Assembly: GCA_963720545.1 (NCBI GenBank)
Contig: OY970399.1
Coordinates: 3,808,001-3,872,000 of the forward strand
Origin: an uncultured Acidobacteriota bacterium
GTDB lineage: Bacteria > Acidobacteriota > Vicinamibacteria > Fen-336
Length of the DNA stretch: 64,000 nt
Direction: 5' to 3'
Under the pieces are notes generated by a model, which saw only the letters and a list, made by a program, of their open reading frames with translations, was not told the DNA's origin and did not search any database. The translations under genes and the position numbers were made by a program. Below are positions 51,120 through 60,372 of the stretch, piece after piece. Within the stretch, counting starts at the first letter, position 1. Every line of letters starts with the position of its first letter.

Positions 51120-52229
51120 ATGACTTCGGGACAGTTGCGACGGATCGCGGGTGCCTTGGCACTCGCGGCCCTCACTGCGTGCGGCGGCGACAGCGACGGA
51201 AGCGCTCCCTCCGTCGCCGCGTCGCCGTCGGCCTCGCCGTCGGTGGCCAACAACATGACGCTGCTCGCGCACCTCGAAGGGCCCGCGCTCTCGGGTGGCG
51301 CCGCGGTCAACACCGCCGGCTGCTTCGGCTACACGGCGCCCGACGGCCGCCGCTACGCGCTCGTCGGCACGACCCTCGGCACCTCGGTCGTGAACCTCAG
51401 CAACCCGCGCGCGCCGCGGCTCACTGGCTTCATAACGGGCGAGCTCAGCACCTGGCGCGAGATCCGCACGTTCGGCGAGTACGCCTACGTCACCACCGAG
51501 GCGAAGACCGGGCTCGACATCATCGACCTCATCGATCCCGAACGGCCGGTGAAGGTGCAGACCTGGAACAAGACCTTCACCTCGGCGCACTCGCTGTGGA
51601 TCGACAACGCGCGCAAGCTGTTGTTTGCGAACGGCACCGACACCGGCATGCACATCCTGCGGCTCGACCGGCCGCGCGAGCCGGTGGAAGTGGGTGTCTT
51701 CAACGGCTTCTACATCCACGACTCGTTCACCCGCGGCAACACCCTCTACGCATCCGCGATCTTCGACGGCTTCGAGGCGATCCTCGACATCGCGCGGCTC
51801 GACAGCATCCGCGAGGTCAGCCGCTTCTTCACCGGCGGCCGGTTCACCCACAACTCGTGGACCACCCTCGACGGCCGCTTCCTGTTCACCACCGACGAGC
51901 GGCGCGCGCGGCCGGTGGAAGTGTGGGACATCGGCAACCCGGCGGCGGCGGTCAAGGTGGGCGAGTGGATCGGCCGAACCGGCGGCATTCCGCACAACGT
52001 GCTGGTGGATGGCAACCGGCTGCTGGTCTCGCATTACGACGACGGCGTCTTCCTCGTCGACATTCGGGTTCCCCAGAATCCGGCGACGCTCGGCTCGTAC
52101 GACACGTATCCCGGTACAGTGACCGGCACCTTCGGCGACTGGGGCGCCTACATCTTTCCGGGCAGCAACCTGATCTTCGCCAGCGACATCACCGGCGGCC
52201 TGTTCGTCCTCGAGTACACCGGCCCGTGA
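51120..52229 (+). CDS. Choice-of-anchor B / LVIVD-repeat lipoprotein
   Basis: Lipobox [42 protein letters not shown]. Confidence 0.8.
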   Translation: MTSGQLRRIAGALALAALTACGGDSDGSAPSVAASPSASPSVANNMTLLAHLEGPALSGGAAVNTAGCFGYTAPDGRRYALVGTTLGTSVVNLSNPRAPRLTGFITGELSTWREIRTFGEYAYVTTEAKTGLDIIDLIDPERPVKVQTWNKTFTSAHSLWIDNARKLLFANGTDTGMHILRLDRPREPVEVGVFNGFYIHDSFTRGNTLYASAIFDGFEAILDIARLDSIREVSRFFTGGRFTHNSWTTLDGRFLFTTDERRARPVEVWDIGNPAAAVKVGEWIGRTGGIPHNVLVDGNRLLVSHYDDGVFLVDIRVPQNPATLGSYDTYPGTVTGTFGDWGAYIFPGSNLIFASDITGGLFVLEYTGP

Positions 52230-53560
52230 AGCCGCGCCCGAGCGCTGCGCGGGCGCCTTCTTCGATGGCATTGGTTGCGGCGGCGGCGCTGCTCGCGTGC
52301 GCGCTGCCGCCAGTGTCCGTGGCCGCCCAGGAAGCAGCGTTTGGCTCGTACCCGATGGCGCGCGAGGCGTCGGGCACGAGTTGGCAGACGGACGCCGGCG
52401 GGATGGAAGGCCGGCACCTGAACCTGGGTGCATGGCACGCGATGCTGCACGGGTTCGTCTTCGGCATCTATGAAGACGCGGCGCTGCCGCGCGGGGGACG
52501 CCAGGCGTTCTTCACCAACATGATGATGCTCGGCGCGACGCGGCCGGCGGGCGGCGGCACGCTGGGACTGCGGGCGATGGTGTCGCTCGAGCCGCTCCTG
52601 GGCGGGAAGGGATACCGGCTGCTGCTCCAGACGGGCGAGAGCGGCGACGGCATCAGCCACCTCATCGACCGCCAGCATCCGCACGACCTGTTCATGGAAT
52701 TGTCGGCGAGCATCAGCCAGCCGCTGGGAGAGAAGTCCGCGGCGTTCCTCTATCTGGGCTACCCGGGAGAACCGGCGCTCGGGCCGCCCGCGTTCATGCA
52801 CCGCCGCTCGGCCGCTGGGAATCCGCTCGCGCCGCTCAGCCATCACTGGCTCGACTCCACCCACATCGCCTTCGGCGTCGTCACGGGCGGGGTCACCGCC
52901 GGCCCGTTCAAGGTCGATGCGTCGCTCTTCAATGGCCGCGAACCCGACAGCGCTCGCTGGAACTTCGACGCGCCGCGGCTCGACTCGCAGGCCGCGCGCA
53001 TCACCTGGAATCCGGGCGCCGGCCTGTCGATGCAGGTCAGTGCCGGCTTCCTGAGCGCCCCCGAGGTTCTGCACCCGGGAATCGACGAACGGCGCTACAC
53101 CGCGTCGCTCTCGTGGAGCGCCGGTCCGCCGTCACGGCGCGTCGACCTGAGCGCTGCCGTGGGCCGCAAGCGCCGCAGCGCCGACCTGCCCAACTGCTTC
53201 ATCTCCGCGGGCTGCTTCTCCGCCGGCACGGCAGTGGTGCCGTATCCGCCGAACCGCACCCAGGACGCGGCGCTCGTCGAAGCGAATCTCGCCCTCGGCG
53301 CCCGCCACACGTTCTTCGCCCGCGCCGAACGCGTGGAGAAGGACGAACTGTTCCCAGGCCCCGACCCGTTCCATCCGCGCGTCTTTCCCGTCGGCAGCGC
53401 CACCCTCGGCTACTTGTGGGAACTGCCGCTGCGCGGCCCCATCGGCTGGCGCCTCGGCGCCGCCGCAAGCCTCGGCCTCGTCCCCGAGTTCATCTCCCCC
53501 GACTACGGCGCTCGCCACCCCCGCACCTGGTTCCTGCTAGCCCAAGCCCGGATCCGCTAA
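52226..53560 (+). CDS. Conserved hypothetical secreted or outer-membrane beta-barrel-like protein
   Basis: Signal peptide; REASGTSWQ, DRQHPHDLFMEL, PALGPPAFMHR, HHWLDSTHI, FNGREPD; GTGA overlap with the upstream gene. Confidence 0.75.
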   Translation: MKPRPSAARAPSSMALVAAAALLACALPPVSVAAQEAAFGSYPMAREASGTSWQTDAGGMEGRHLNLGAWHAMLHGFVFGIYEDAALPRGGRQAFFTNMMMLGATRPAGGGTLGLRAMVSLEPLLGGKGYRLLLQTGESGDGISHLIDRQHPHDLFMELSASISQPLGEKSAAFLYLGYPGEPALGPPAFMHRRSAAGNPLAPLSHHWLDSTHIAFGVVTGGVTAGPFKVDASLFNGREPDSARWNFDAPRLDSQAARITWNPGAGLSMQVSAGFLSAPEVLHPGIDERRYTASLSWSAGPPSRRVDLSAAVGRKRRSADLPNCFISAGCFSAGTAVVPYPPNRTQDAALVEANLALGARHTFFARAERVEKDELFPGPDPFHPRVFPVGSATLGYLWELPLRGPIGWRLGAAASLGLVPEFISPDYGARHPRTWFLLAQARIR

Positions 53561-53774
53561 TCGACGAATTGGCTCCCGTCCCCCCAATTCGTCGATTTCC
53601 GTTGGTTTCGTTCCGTTCCCCAGGCGCTTGCGTCATCGTCCGTTTTGCGCCGTTTTCCCGAGCGCGTCCATCGCTTGCGCTGCGCGCGAGGGATCTCAAC
53701 GTCATCGACGGATTGGCTACGTCCGTCCAATTCGTCGATTTCCGTTCTGTTTCGTTCCCCAGGCGCTTGCGTCA
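53558..53774. repeat. Left repeat cluster: palindrome A (53559-53597) + tail, unit B (53651-53697), second A + tail (53704-53774)
   Basis: AATCGACGAATTGG-N11-CCAATTCGTCGATT hairpin; A and its tail recur in direct orientation. Confidence 0.9.
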
Positions 53775-53780
53775 GCGTCG

Positions 53781-54674
53781 CTACCGCAACGCCTCCGGCA
53801 ACTCAGCCTGGAGCCTCACCTCCGCGCCAGTGGCCGGATGCGCGAACTCCAGCTCCGCTGCGTGCAGCAAATAGCCGCCTTCGCCAGGCAGCCCCGGGTC
53901 GGCGGCGAGCGGCAGACCTCTGGCGCCGTAGAGCCGGTCGCCAACGAGCGGATGGCCGGCGAAGGCGAGGTGGATGCGTATCTGGTGCGGCCGCCCGGTA
54001 GCGATGACAACGTCGAGAAGGCTGGCGTCGCCGCGCTCCGCGACCAGCTCCACCGTCGAAAGCGACGGTTTTCCCCGCCCGTCACCCACTGCGCCGTAGA
54101 CGGTGCCGAGCCGTGGATGCGGCACGAGGCCGATCGGTGCGCGAATCTCAAGGCGATGCCACTCCGGCACGCCGGTGGCGAGCGCGCGATAACTCTTCCG
54201 CACGCGCCGCTCGCGCAAGGCTCTCGTCAGAGACGCGCGCGCTTCCTCTGTGCGCCCAAAGAGCACGAGCCCAGACGTGTAGCGGCCGAGGCGATGCACG
54301 GGGTCGGCACCCGGATACTGGCGCTGCACGAGCGTGAGCAAGGTGTTGTCGAGGTAGCCGCCTGCCGGCAGGGTTGGCAGGCCCGCCGGCTTGCTCACCG
54401 CGAGAAGCGCTTCGTCCTCATGCACCACTTCGAAATGCAGCGGCGCTTCGCCCTCGTCCCATGGAGGCCGGTTCCAGACGAGCGTTTGACCCGCGCGCAA
54501 AATCTGGTCCCCCGCCGTAGGCACGCCCTCAAGTAACACTTCACTGCGCTCGAACCGCACGCCCCATTCGACGAGCGACGAGTGTCCGTACCGCCGTGCC
54601 AGATACGACAGCGCCGTCACCCCGGCCCCACCCGCGTCAATCACTTCGCGATACGAAAACCCGCTGTTCACCAC
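53781..54674 (-). CDS. RluA-family pseudouridine synthase-like protein (HRLG variant)
   Basis: LLAVSKPAGLP, VHRLGRYTSG, TGRPHQIRIH, HPLVGDRLY, LHAAEL. Confidence 0.88.
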   Translation of the reverse strand: MVNSGFSYREVIDAGGAGVTALSYLARRYGHSSLVEWGVRFERSEVLLEGVPTAGDQILRAGQTLVWNRPPWDEGEAPLHFEVVHEDEALLAVSKPAGLPTLPAGGYLDNTLLTLVQRQYPGADPVHRLGRYTSGLVLFGRTEEARASLTRALRERRVRKSYRALATGVPEWHRLEIRAPIGLVPHPRLGTVYGAVGDGRGKPSLSTVELVAERGDASLLDVVIATGRPHQIRIHLAFAGHPLVGDRLYGARGLPLAADPGLPGEGGYLLHAAELEFAHPATGAEVRLQAELPEALR

Positions 54675-54687
54675 GAAGCACCCTATC

Positions 54688-54734
54688 CGTTTTCCCGAGG
54701 GGGTCCATCGCTTGCGCTGCCCCCGAGGGATCTC
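54688..54734 (+). repeat. REP-like unit B, copy 2
   Basis: CGTTTTCCCGAGGGGGTCCATCGCTTGCGCTGCCCCCGAGGGATCTC, near-identical to 53651-53697. Confidence 0.9.
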
Positions 54735-54738
54735 AGAA

Positions 54739-54900
54739 CTACGGCCGAGACGCGTCCGCTCCCACTAACTGTGGCCACAGATCGATCCACTGGCTGTTGG
54801 AGGCTTCGACCAGGCGATTCTTCTTGATGCGGCTCCAGCCTTTGATCTGGTGCTCTCTGCGGGCTGCTTGGTTGAGATCGCCGATCACTTCGGCGGATGA
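54739..54900 (-). pseudogene. C-terminal fragment of a small GIY-YIG (YhbQ/UPF0213-like) endonuclease
   Basis: EVIGDLNQAARREHQIKGWSRIKKNRLVEASNSQWIDL fits the family tail A..RE.QIKGW.R.KK..L.E..N..W.DL; the N-terminal GIY/YIG half is absent. Confidence 0.75.
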
Positions 54901-54924
54901 GGTCCGGATGGGACAACGGACACG

Positions 54925-55089
54925 GAGATCCCTCGGGCGCAGCGGCAAGCGATGGACGCCCTCGGGAAAACGACCGAAGGAACGGACTCAGCAATGGAAC
55001 GGATGTTGACGCAAGCGCCTGGGTAACGAAAGAACGGATCAACGGAAATCGACGGATTGGACGGAGACGGGAAGCCAATCCGTCGATTA
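54925..55089 (-). repeat. Right repeat cluster: inverted B (54925-54972), inverted tail (55007-55046), palindrome A (55047-55088)
   Basis: GAGATCCCTCGGGCGCAGCGGCAAGCGATGGACGCCCTCGGGAAAACG; TGACGCAAGCGCCTGGG; AATCGACGGATTGG-N14-CCAATCCGTCGATT. Confidence 0.9.
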
Positions 55090-56268
55090 CATCAGCTCCA
55101 CGGCCAGGGCGACGCCGTTGCCGCCGCCCAGGCACAGCGTCGCGATGCCGCGGGACTTGCCGCGGGCGCGCAGGGCGTAGAGCAGGGTGGTGAGGATGCG
55201 GGCGCCGCTCGCGCCGATAGCGTGGCCGAGGGCGACGGCGCCGCCGTTGACGTTGACGCGCTGCGGGTCGATGCCGAGTTCGCGCACCACGGCGACGCCC
55301 TGCACGGCGAACGCCTCGTTCAGTTCGTAAAGGTCGGCGCTCGCAGCGTCCCAGCCGGTTTTCTGCCACAGCTTCCGCACCGCCGGCACCGGCGTCATCA
55401 TCACCATCGACGGTTCGAGGCCGGCGACCGCCTGGCCGACGATGCGCGCCAGCGGCTTGCGGCCGAGCGCCTTCGCCGTCTCCTCGGAGCACACCACAAG
55501 TGCGGCGGCGCCGTCGTTCACGCCCGGCGCATTGCCGGCGGTGACGGTGCCGTCCTTCTGGAACGCCGGCTTCAGTGCCGCGAGCGCTTCCATCGACGTG
55601 TCGGCGCGAGGCGTTTCGTCGGCGGCGAAGACGAGTGCGTCGCCCTTCTTCTGCGGAATCGACACCGGCAGGATTTCGTCCTTGAAGGCGCCTGCCGCGA
55701 TTGCTGCGACCGCCTTCTGGTGGCTCTCGAAGGCGAAGCGGTCCTGCTGTTCGCGGCTGACCTCATACTTCGATGCGACGAGCTCCCCGGTGCATCCCAT
55801 GTGATAGTCCTCGTACGGGTCCCACAGGCCGTCGAAGATCATCGAGTCGACGAGCTTGCCGTTGCCAAGGCGCATGCCCTCGCGCGCGCCCGGCAGCATG
55901 TAGGGGCAGTTCGACATCGACTCCATTCCGCCCGCAACCACCACGTCCGAATCGCCCGCGGCGATGCCCTGGGCTGCGAGCATCACGGCCTTCAGGCCGG
56001 AGCCGCACACCTTGTTGATGGTGAGCGCGGCGACCGATGGCGGCAGCCCGGCGCGCAGCGCGGCCTGACGCGCGGGCGCCTGGCCGAGGCCGGCGGAAAC
56101 CACGTTGCCCATGATGACCTCGTCCACCGACTCGGGCGCGACCCCGGCGCGCGCCACCGCCTCGCGCACCACCAGGGCGCCGAGATCGGGCGCGCGCAAG
56201 CCCTTCAGCGTGCCGAGAAACTTGCCCGTGGGCACGCGCACCGCGGACAGGATGACTGCCTGTTTCAA
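55087..56268 (-). CDS. Acetyl-CoA C-acetyltransferase (thiolase)
   Basis: [45 protein letters not shown] start with GGAGG RBS. Confidence 0.95.
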   Translation of the reverse strand: MKQAVILSAVRVPTGKFLGTLKGLRAPDLGALVVREAVARAGVAPESVDEVIMGNVVSAGLGQAPARQAALRAGLPPSVAALTINKVCGSGLKAVMLAAQGIAAGDSDVVVAGGMESMSNCPYMLPGAREGMRLGNGKLVDSMIFDGLWDPYEDYHMGCTGELVASKYEVSREQQDRFAFESHQKAVAAIAAGAFKDEILPVSIPQKKGDALVFAADETPRADTSMEALAALKPAFQKDGTVTAGNAPGVNDGAAALVVCSEETAKALGRKPLARIVGQAVAGLEPSMVMMTPVPAVRKLWQKTGWDAASADLYELNEAFAVQGVAVVRELGIDPQRVNVNGGAVALGHAIGASGARILTTLLYALRARGKSRGIATLCLGGGNGVALAVELM

Positions 56269-56729
56269 GCCTTGCCTCCGTCGAATGTCGAAAGGTAGCG
56301 AGTGGCGGCGCCGATGAATGCGGCGCGCAGCGCTTCGTCCTCTATCGCCGCTGCCGCTTCCAGTATCGCAGGACGCGGCGCTTGCGCCATCACCGGCGCG
56401 GCCGGTGGCCGCCGCGGCGCATTCGGCGTGACGAGGCCGCCGCGCGCCTCCATGAAACCAAGCCGGCGTGGAGCCGCGGCGCCCAGCAGCTCGCGCAGGC
56501 GGATGAGCAGCGGCACCTGCATCTTGTAGAGCTCCTTGCGCCAGCGCGCGTCGGGCACCTGGACGATGAGGACGCCGTCCTCCACCTTGATGACGCGTGT
56601 GCGCGCCGCCAGCTCGCCGCCGGTGAGGTGCGGCCAGAACGCCGCGACGAACGCGGTCATGCGCGAAGGATCGGCGCCGAGCATCTCACGGAGGAACGCG
56701 GGTGCTTCGGGAGCGCGCAGGTCGCTCAT
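56265..56729 (-). CDS. DUF721/DciA-like protein
   Basis: [11 protein letters not shown]...[18 protein letters not shown]. Confidence 0.7.
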   Translation of the reverse strand: MSDLRAPEAPAFLREMLGADPSRMTAFVAAFWPHLTGGELAARTRVIKVEDGVLIVQVPDARWRKELYKMQVPLLIRLRELLGAAAPRRLGFMEARGGLVTPNAPRRPPAAPVMAQAPRPAILEAAAAIEDEALRAAFIGAATRYLSTFDGGKA

Positions 56730-56736
56730 ACTCGGA

Positions 56737-57336
56737 TCAGAATGCCACGGGCGACGGCCGCGGTGTTCCGGTCGATTCGAGCGCGGCGGTCACGCCCAGT
56801 TCGACCGCCAGCCGGTGGACGGCGCGCATCGGCAGGCCGGCGACGTTCGAAGACGAGCCCGTAACGCCCTCGATGAAGAACGAGCAGCGGCCGTCGATGT
56901 GGTAGGCACCCGCACGGTCGCGCGGCTCGCCGCTCGCAACGTAAGTCGCGATCTGCGCCGGGGTGAGCGCCGCGAACCGCACCAGCGTGCGTTCGAGCGC
57001 CGAGCGCCGGTCGCCGCCGGCCACCATGCACACTCCGGTGACCACCTCGTGCTCGCGGTTCGCCAGCATCGCGAGCATGGCGCGCGCTTCCTCGTCATTG
57101 CCCGGCTTGCCGAGGATATGGCCGTCGCAAAGCACCAGCGTATCGGCCGCCAGCACCGGATGGCCGCCGCCGTCCACCGCGAGCGCCTTGGCGCGCGCCA
57201 GCCGCTCGGCGGCACGGTCGCCCGGTTCGCCGGGCAGCAGCGACTCGTCAACGCTCGGGATGATGACGCGGAAGGAGACGCCGGCGGCGCGCAACAGCGC
57301 GGCACGGCGCGGCGAACCCGAAGCGAGGACGAGCAT
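56737..57336 (-). CDS. maf: Maf family nucleoside triphosphate pyrophosphatase
   Basis: LVLASGSPRR, VDES, AADTLV, GKP, AGAY, NVAGLP. Confidence 0.92.
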   Translation of the reverse strand: MLVLASGSPRRAALLRAAGVSFRVIIPSVDESLLPGEPGDRAAERLARAKALAVDGGGHPVLAADTLVLCDGHILGKPGNDEEARAMLAMLANREHEVVTGVCMVAGGDRRSALERTLVRFAALTPAQIATYVASGEPRDRAGAYHIDGRCSFFIEGVTGSSSNVAGLPMRAVHRLAVELGVTAALESTGTPRPSPVAF

Positions 57337-57351
57337 CGGCCCCTTGCCGCG

Positions 57352-58092
57352 CTAGCGGCCGAGCGACAGCCGATCGCCGAGCGGCTTGGGCAGGCCGGCC
57401 TTGTAGATCTTCTTCTGCGCTCGCACCACCGGATACGCGAGACGATGGATGGTGAGCGCGCGCTTCTCGCTGTCGTAGAGCGCAAACGACGCGAGCGGGC
57501 TGCCGTCGCGCGGCTGGCCGACCGAACCGGGGTTGACCAGGTAGCGAGCACCCTTCTTCAGCTTCATCTTGAAGGTGTGGGTGAGCGCCGGATAGCCCGT
57601 GACCGCCTCGGGCGTCAGCGAGAACACCACCGGAAAATGCGAGTGACCGAAGAAGCAGAGCTCGTAGTCGGTCTGGCGGAACACGTTCAATGCGTCGATC
57701 TCGCCGAAGATGTAGGCGTCCTCATCGACCGGCGTGCCATGGGAAATGGCAAACGTCTTGTCCACCACACGCGGACCCTGCGGCAGCGCCTGCAGGAAGC
57801 GGCGGTTGGCCGCCGTGAGCCGCGACTGCGTCCATTGCGCCGCATTCAGCGCGATGGGGTTGAAAAGACGGCCATCCTCGAGCCCGGAGCAGACCTTGTC
57901 GTGGTTGCCGCGCACCGCCACCAGCGGCTTCAGCCGCCGCAGCATGTCGACGGCTTCGTTCGGGTCGGCGCCATAACCCACGAGGTCGCCGAGGAACACG
58001 GTCTTGTCCCAGGACTTGCGCTTCATGAAGTTGAGGACCGTGGTGAACGCCTCGCGATTGGAGTGAATGTCCGAGACGATCAAGTATTTCAT
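57352..58092 (-). CDS. Calcineurin-like metallophosphoesterase
   Basis: SDIHSN, LGDLVGYG, RGNHD, FGHSH, NPGSVGQPRDG. Confidence 0.92.
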   Translation of the reverse strand: MKYLIVSDIHSNREAFTTVLNFMKRKSWDKTVFLGDLVGYGADPNEAVDMLRRLKPLVAVRGNHDKVCSGLEDGRLFNPIALNAAQWTQSRLTAANRRFLQALPQGPRVVDKTFAISHGTPVDEDAYIFGEIDALNVFRQTDYELCFFGHSHFPVVFSLTPEAVTGYPALTHTFKMKLKKGARYLVNPGSVGQPRDGSPLASFALYDSEKRALTIHRLAYPVVRAQKKIYKAGLPKPLGDRLSLGR

Positions 58093-58616
58093 CGGTTTCC
58101 GGTCGCGCGCTGGACAGTCTCGGCGATGCGCCGCGCCACGGTCGCCGCATCGACGCTCGTGGTGTCGATGCGCCAGTCGGCCATGGCATAGGCGTCCTCA
58201 CGCGCTTTGAGGAGGTCAGGGATTATCCCACGGTTCCGCGCCAGCGGGCGGCGCGCGCCGTCGCCGATGCGCCGCTCGATCTCGGCGAGCGCGCACTGCA
58301 GGTAAACGGTGAAGGCGCCGGTGCGCAACAACTCACGGGTGCGCGCTTCGGCGAAGGCGCCGCCGCCCGACGCCACCACCACCTGCCGCTCGCCCAGCAG
58401 GCGCTGCGCTTCGTTCGCCTCGCGCACGCGAAACGCCGCTTCGCCCTCGGTCTCGAACAACTCGCCGATGGTGCGCCCGGCGCTGGCCGCGATCGACTCG
58501 TCCATGTCGCTGAAGCGCCAGCCGAGCCGCTTCGCGAGATGGCGGCCGACGGTGGACTTGCCGCTCGCCATGAAGCCGACCAGCACGATGCGCTGTGGTT
58601 CCACGTCCGCAGTCAC
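58089..58616 (-). CDS. aroK: Shikimate kinase
   Basis: IVLVGFMASGKSTVG, GEAAFR, SGGG, RPL; probable GTG start overlapping the aroA stop. Confidence 0.92.
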   Translation of the reverse strand: MTADVEPQRIVLVGFMASGKSTVGRHLAKRLGWRFSDMDESIAASAGRTIGELFETEGEAAFRVREANEAQRLLGERQVVVASGGGAFAEARTRELLRTGAFTVYLQCALAEIERRIGDGARRPLARNRGIIPDLLKAREDAYAMADWRIDTTSVDAATVARRIAETVQRATGNR

Positions 58617-59907
58617 GACGAAGCACCCGACCGCAGCACCTCCCAGAAGTCGGGAAAGGAAACGGCGACGCACTCCGCATCGTCGAGCCGGCTTGGACCG
58701 TCGGCGGCGAGCGCCGCGATGCCTAGCGCCATGGCGATGCGGTGATCGCCGTGGCTGCGGAGGGAAGCGCCGCGCAGCGTCGCCCCGCCGCGCACGATGA
58801 GGTCGTCGCCAACGGCCTGAGCATCGGCGCCGAGCGCCTGCAGCCCCTCCACCATGGCCGCGACGCGGTCGCTTTCCTTGATGCGCAGCTCGCCGATGGC
58901 GCGAAAGATCGTTTCGCCCTCAGCGCATGCCGCCGCCACTGCGAGTATTGGCACCTCGTCTACCAGCGCGGGGATCTCGTCTGCTTCGATGGTGATGCCG
59001 TGCAGGTGCGACGAGCGCGCACGCAGCACGCCGATCGGTTCGGGAGACTGCGCCTCGACCTGCTCCTCGATGTCAGCTCCCATGCGCCGCAGCGCGGCGA
59101 CGAAGCCGATGCGCCGTGGGTTGAGTCCGACAGCATCGCAGCGCACGTCAGAATCGCGGCCGATGAGCGCCGCCACCAGCAGGAACGCGGCACTCGACGG
59201 ATCGCCGGGTACGGTTGCCGCGATGCCGCGCAGGCGCGCACCGGGACTGAGGCGCACCGAGAATGGCGCACTGCCGGCGGCGATGCTGGCGCCGAAGGCG
59301 GGCAAAAACCGTTCGGTGTGGTCGCGGCTGCCGGCGGGTTCACTCACCTCCGTTGCGCCGTCGGCGGCGAGCCCGGCTAGCAGCACCGCGGTCTTCACCT
59401 GTGCGCTCGCCACCTCGAGTTGCAGCGTGATGCCGCGCAACGCCCCGCCCGCAACCGTCAGCGGCGGCCTGCCTTCGGTGGTCGTAACCGTTGCGCCCAT
59501 CTGCCGCAGCGGCCTGGCCACCCGCTCCATCGGCCGGTTGCGCAGGGAAGCATCGCCGGTGAGCGTTGCCGTGAGCGGCTGGCCGGCGAGCGCTCCCATC
59601 AGCATGCGGATGGTGGAGCCGGAGTTGCCGGCGTCGAGCACCGCGCTCGGCGAACGCAGCGGCCGGCCCGTGATGACGACGCAGCCTCCATCGCGGCGGA
59701 TGCCGGCGCCGAGCTGCGCCAGGCAGTCGAGCGTCGACTGGCAGTCGGCGGCAGGGGAGTAACCGGCAATCCGTGTTTCGCCCTCCGCCAGCGCGCCCAG
59801 GATGGCGAGGCGGTGGCTGATGGACTTGTCGCCGCCGACTGTGAAGCGTCCCTGGAAGCGTTCGGCTCGACCGAGTTGCAGCGCCTTGACCCTCTCTCTT
59901 GGGGCAT
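58613..59907 (-). CDS. aroA: EPSP synthase; 5' end has an apparent frameshift or a non-canonical start
   Basis: Frame runs upstream of the listed ORF through GDKSISHR and LDAGNSGST, then RPMERV, ASAQVK, ELRIKESDR, GDHRIAM. The ATG at 59907 is out of frame. Confidence 0.92.
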
Positions 59908-59934
59908 GTTACGGTCCTGCGACTCCAAACACAC

Positions 59935-60372
59935 ATGAGGTCCACCCGCGCTCAGTGCGTCACATTGGACATGGCGAGCCGCTTCGACCTCATCGAGTTG
60001 GTGCACACGGTGCTCATGCACTTCTCGGGCCTCGCCGGCTTCGATGACGACGCCGCGCACTTCATCAGCGTGGCGGTGCGCGAGTCGGTGGTGAACGCGA
60101 TCAAGCACGGCAACCGCGAGGATGGCGCCAAGCGCGTGCACGTGGACTTCGTCATCGGCGGGCGCGCGTTCATGGTGAAGGTGCGCGACGAAGGCCGCGG
60201 CTTCGACCCGCGTGCGGTCGCCGACCCGCTCGCCGAGGAGAACCTGATGCGTACCGAAGGCCGCGGCATCTTCTTCATGCGGTCGTTCATGGACCGCATC
60301 ACCTACGGCTTTCCGCCGGGCGGCGGCACCATCGTGCGGTTGGTGAAGAAGGTGCCGGCGAAAGCAGCCTAG
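59935..60372 (+). CDS. RsbW-like anti-sigma factor / HATPase Ser kinase
   Basis: AVRESVVNAIKHGN, VRDEGRGFD, GRGIFFMRSFMD. Confidence 0.9.
   Translation: MRSTRAQCVTLDMASRFDLIELVHTVLMHFSGLAGFDDDAAHFISVAVRESVVNAIKHGNREDGAKRVHVDFVIGGRAFMVKVRDEGRGFDPRAVADPLAEENLMRTEGRGIFFMRSFMDRITYGFPPGGGTIVRLVKKVPAKAA

Larger units (their letters stand above)
53558..55089. mobile_element. Putative REP/MITE-like composite cassette bounded by 140-165 bp imperfect inverted repeats; carries an RluA-like gene and a GIY-YIG remnant
   Basis: Both ends read TAATCGACGRATTGG..CCAATYCGTCGATTTCCGTT..CCCAGGCGCTTGCGTCA..CGTTTTCCCGAG..GAGGGATCTC inward. Confidence 0.6.

Noticed and set aside
53558..53774. Possible CRISPR array
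   Set aside because: Only 2-3 degenerate copies in mixed orientation, no regular unique spacers and no cas genes; fits REP/MITE-like repeats instead.
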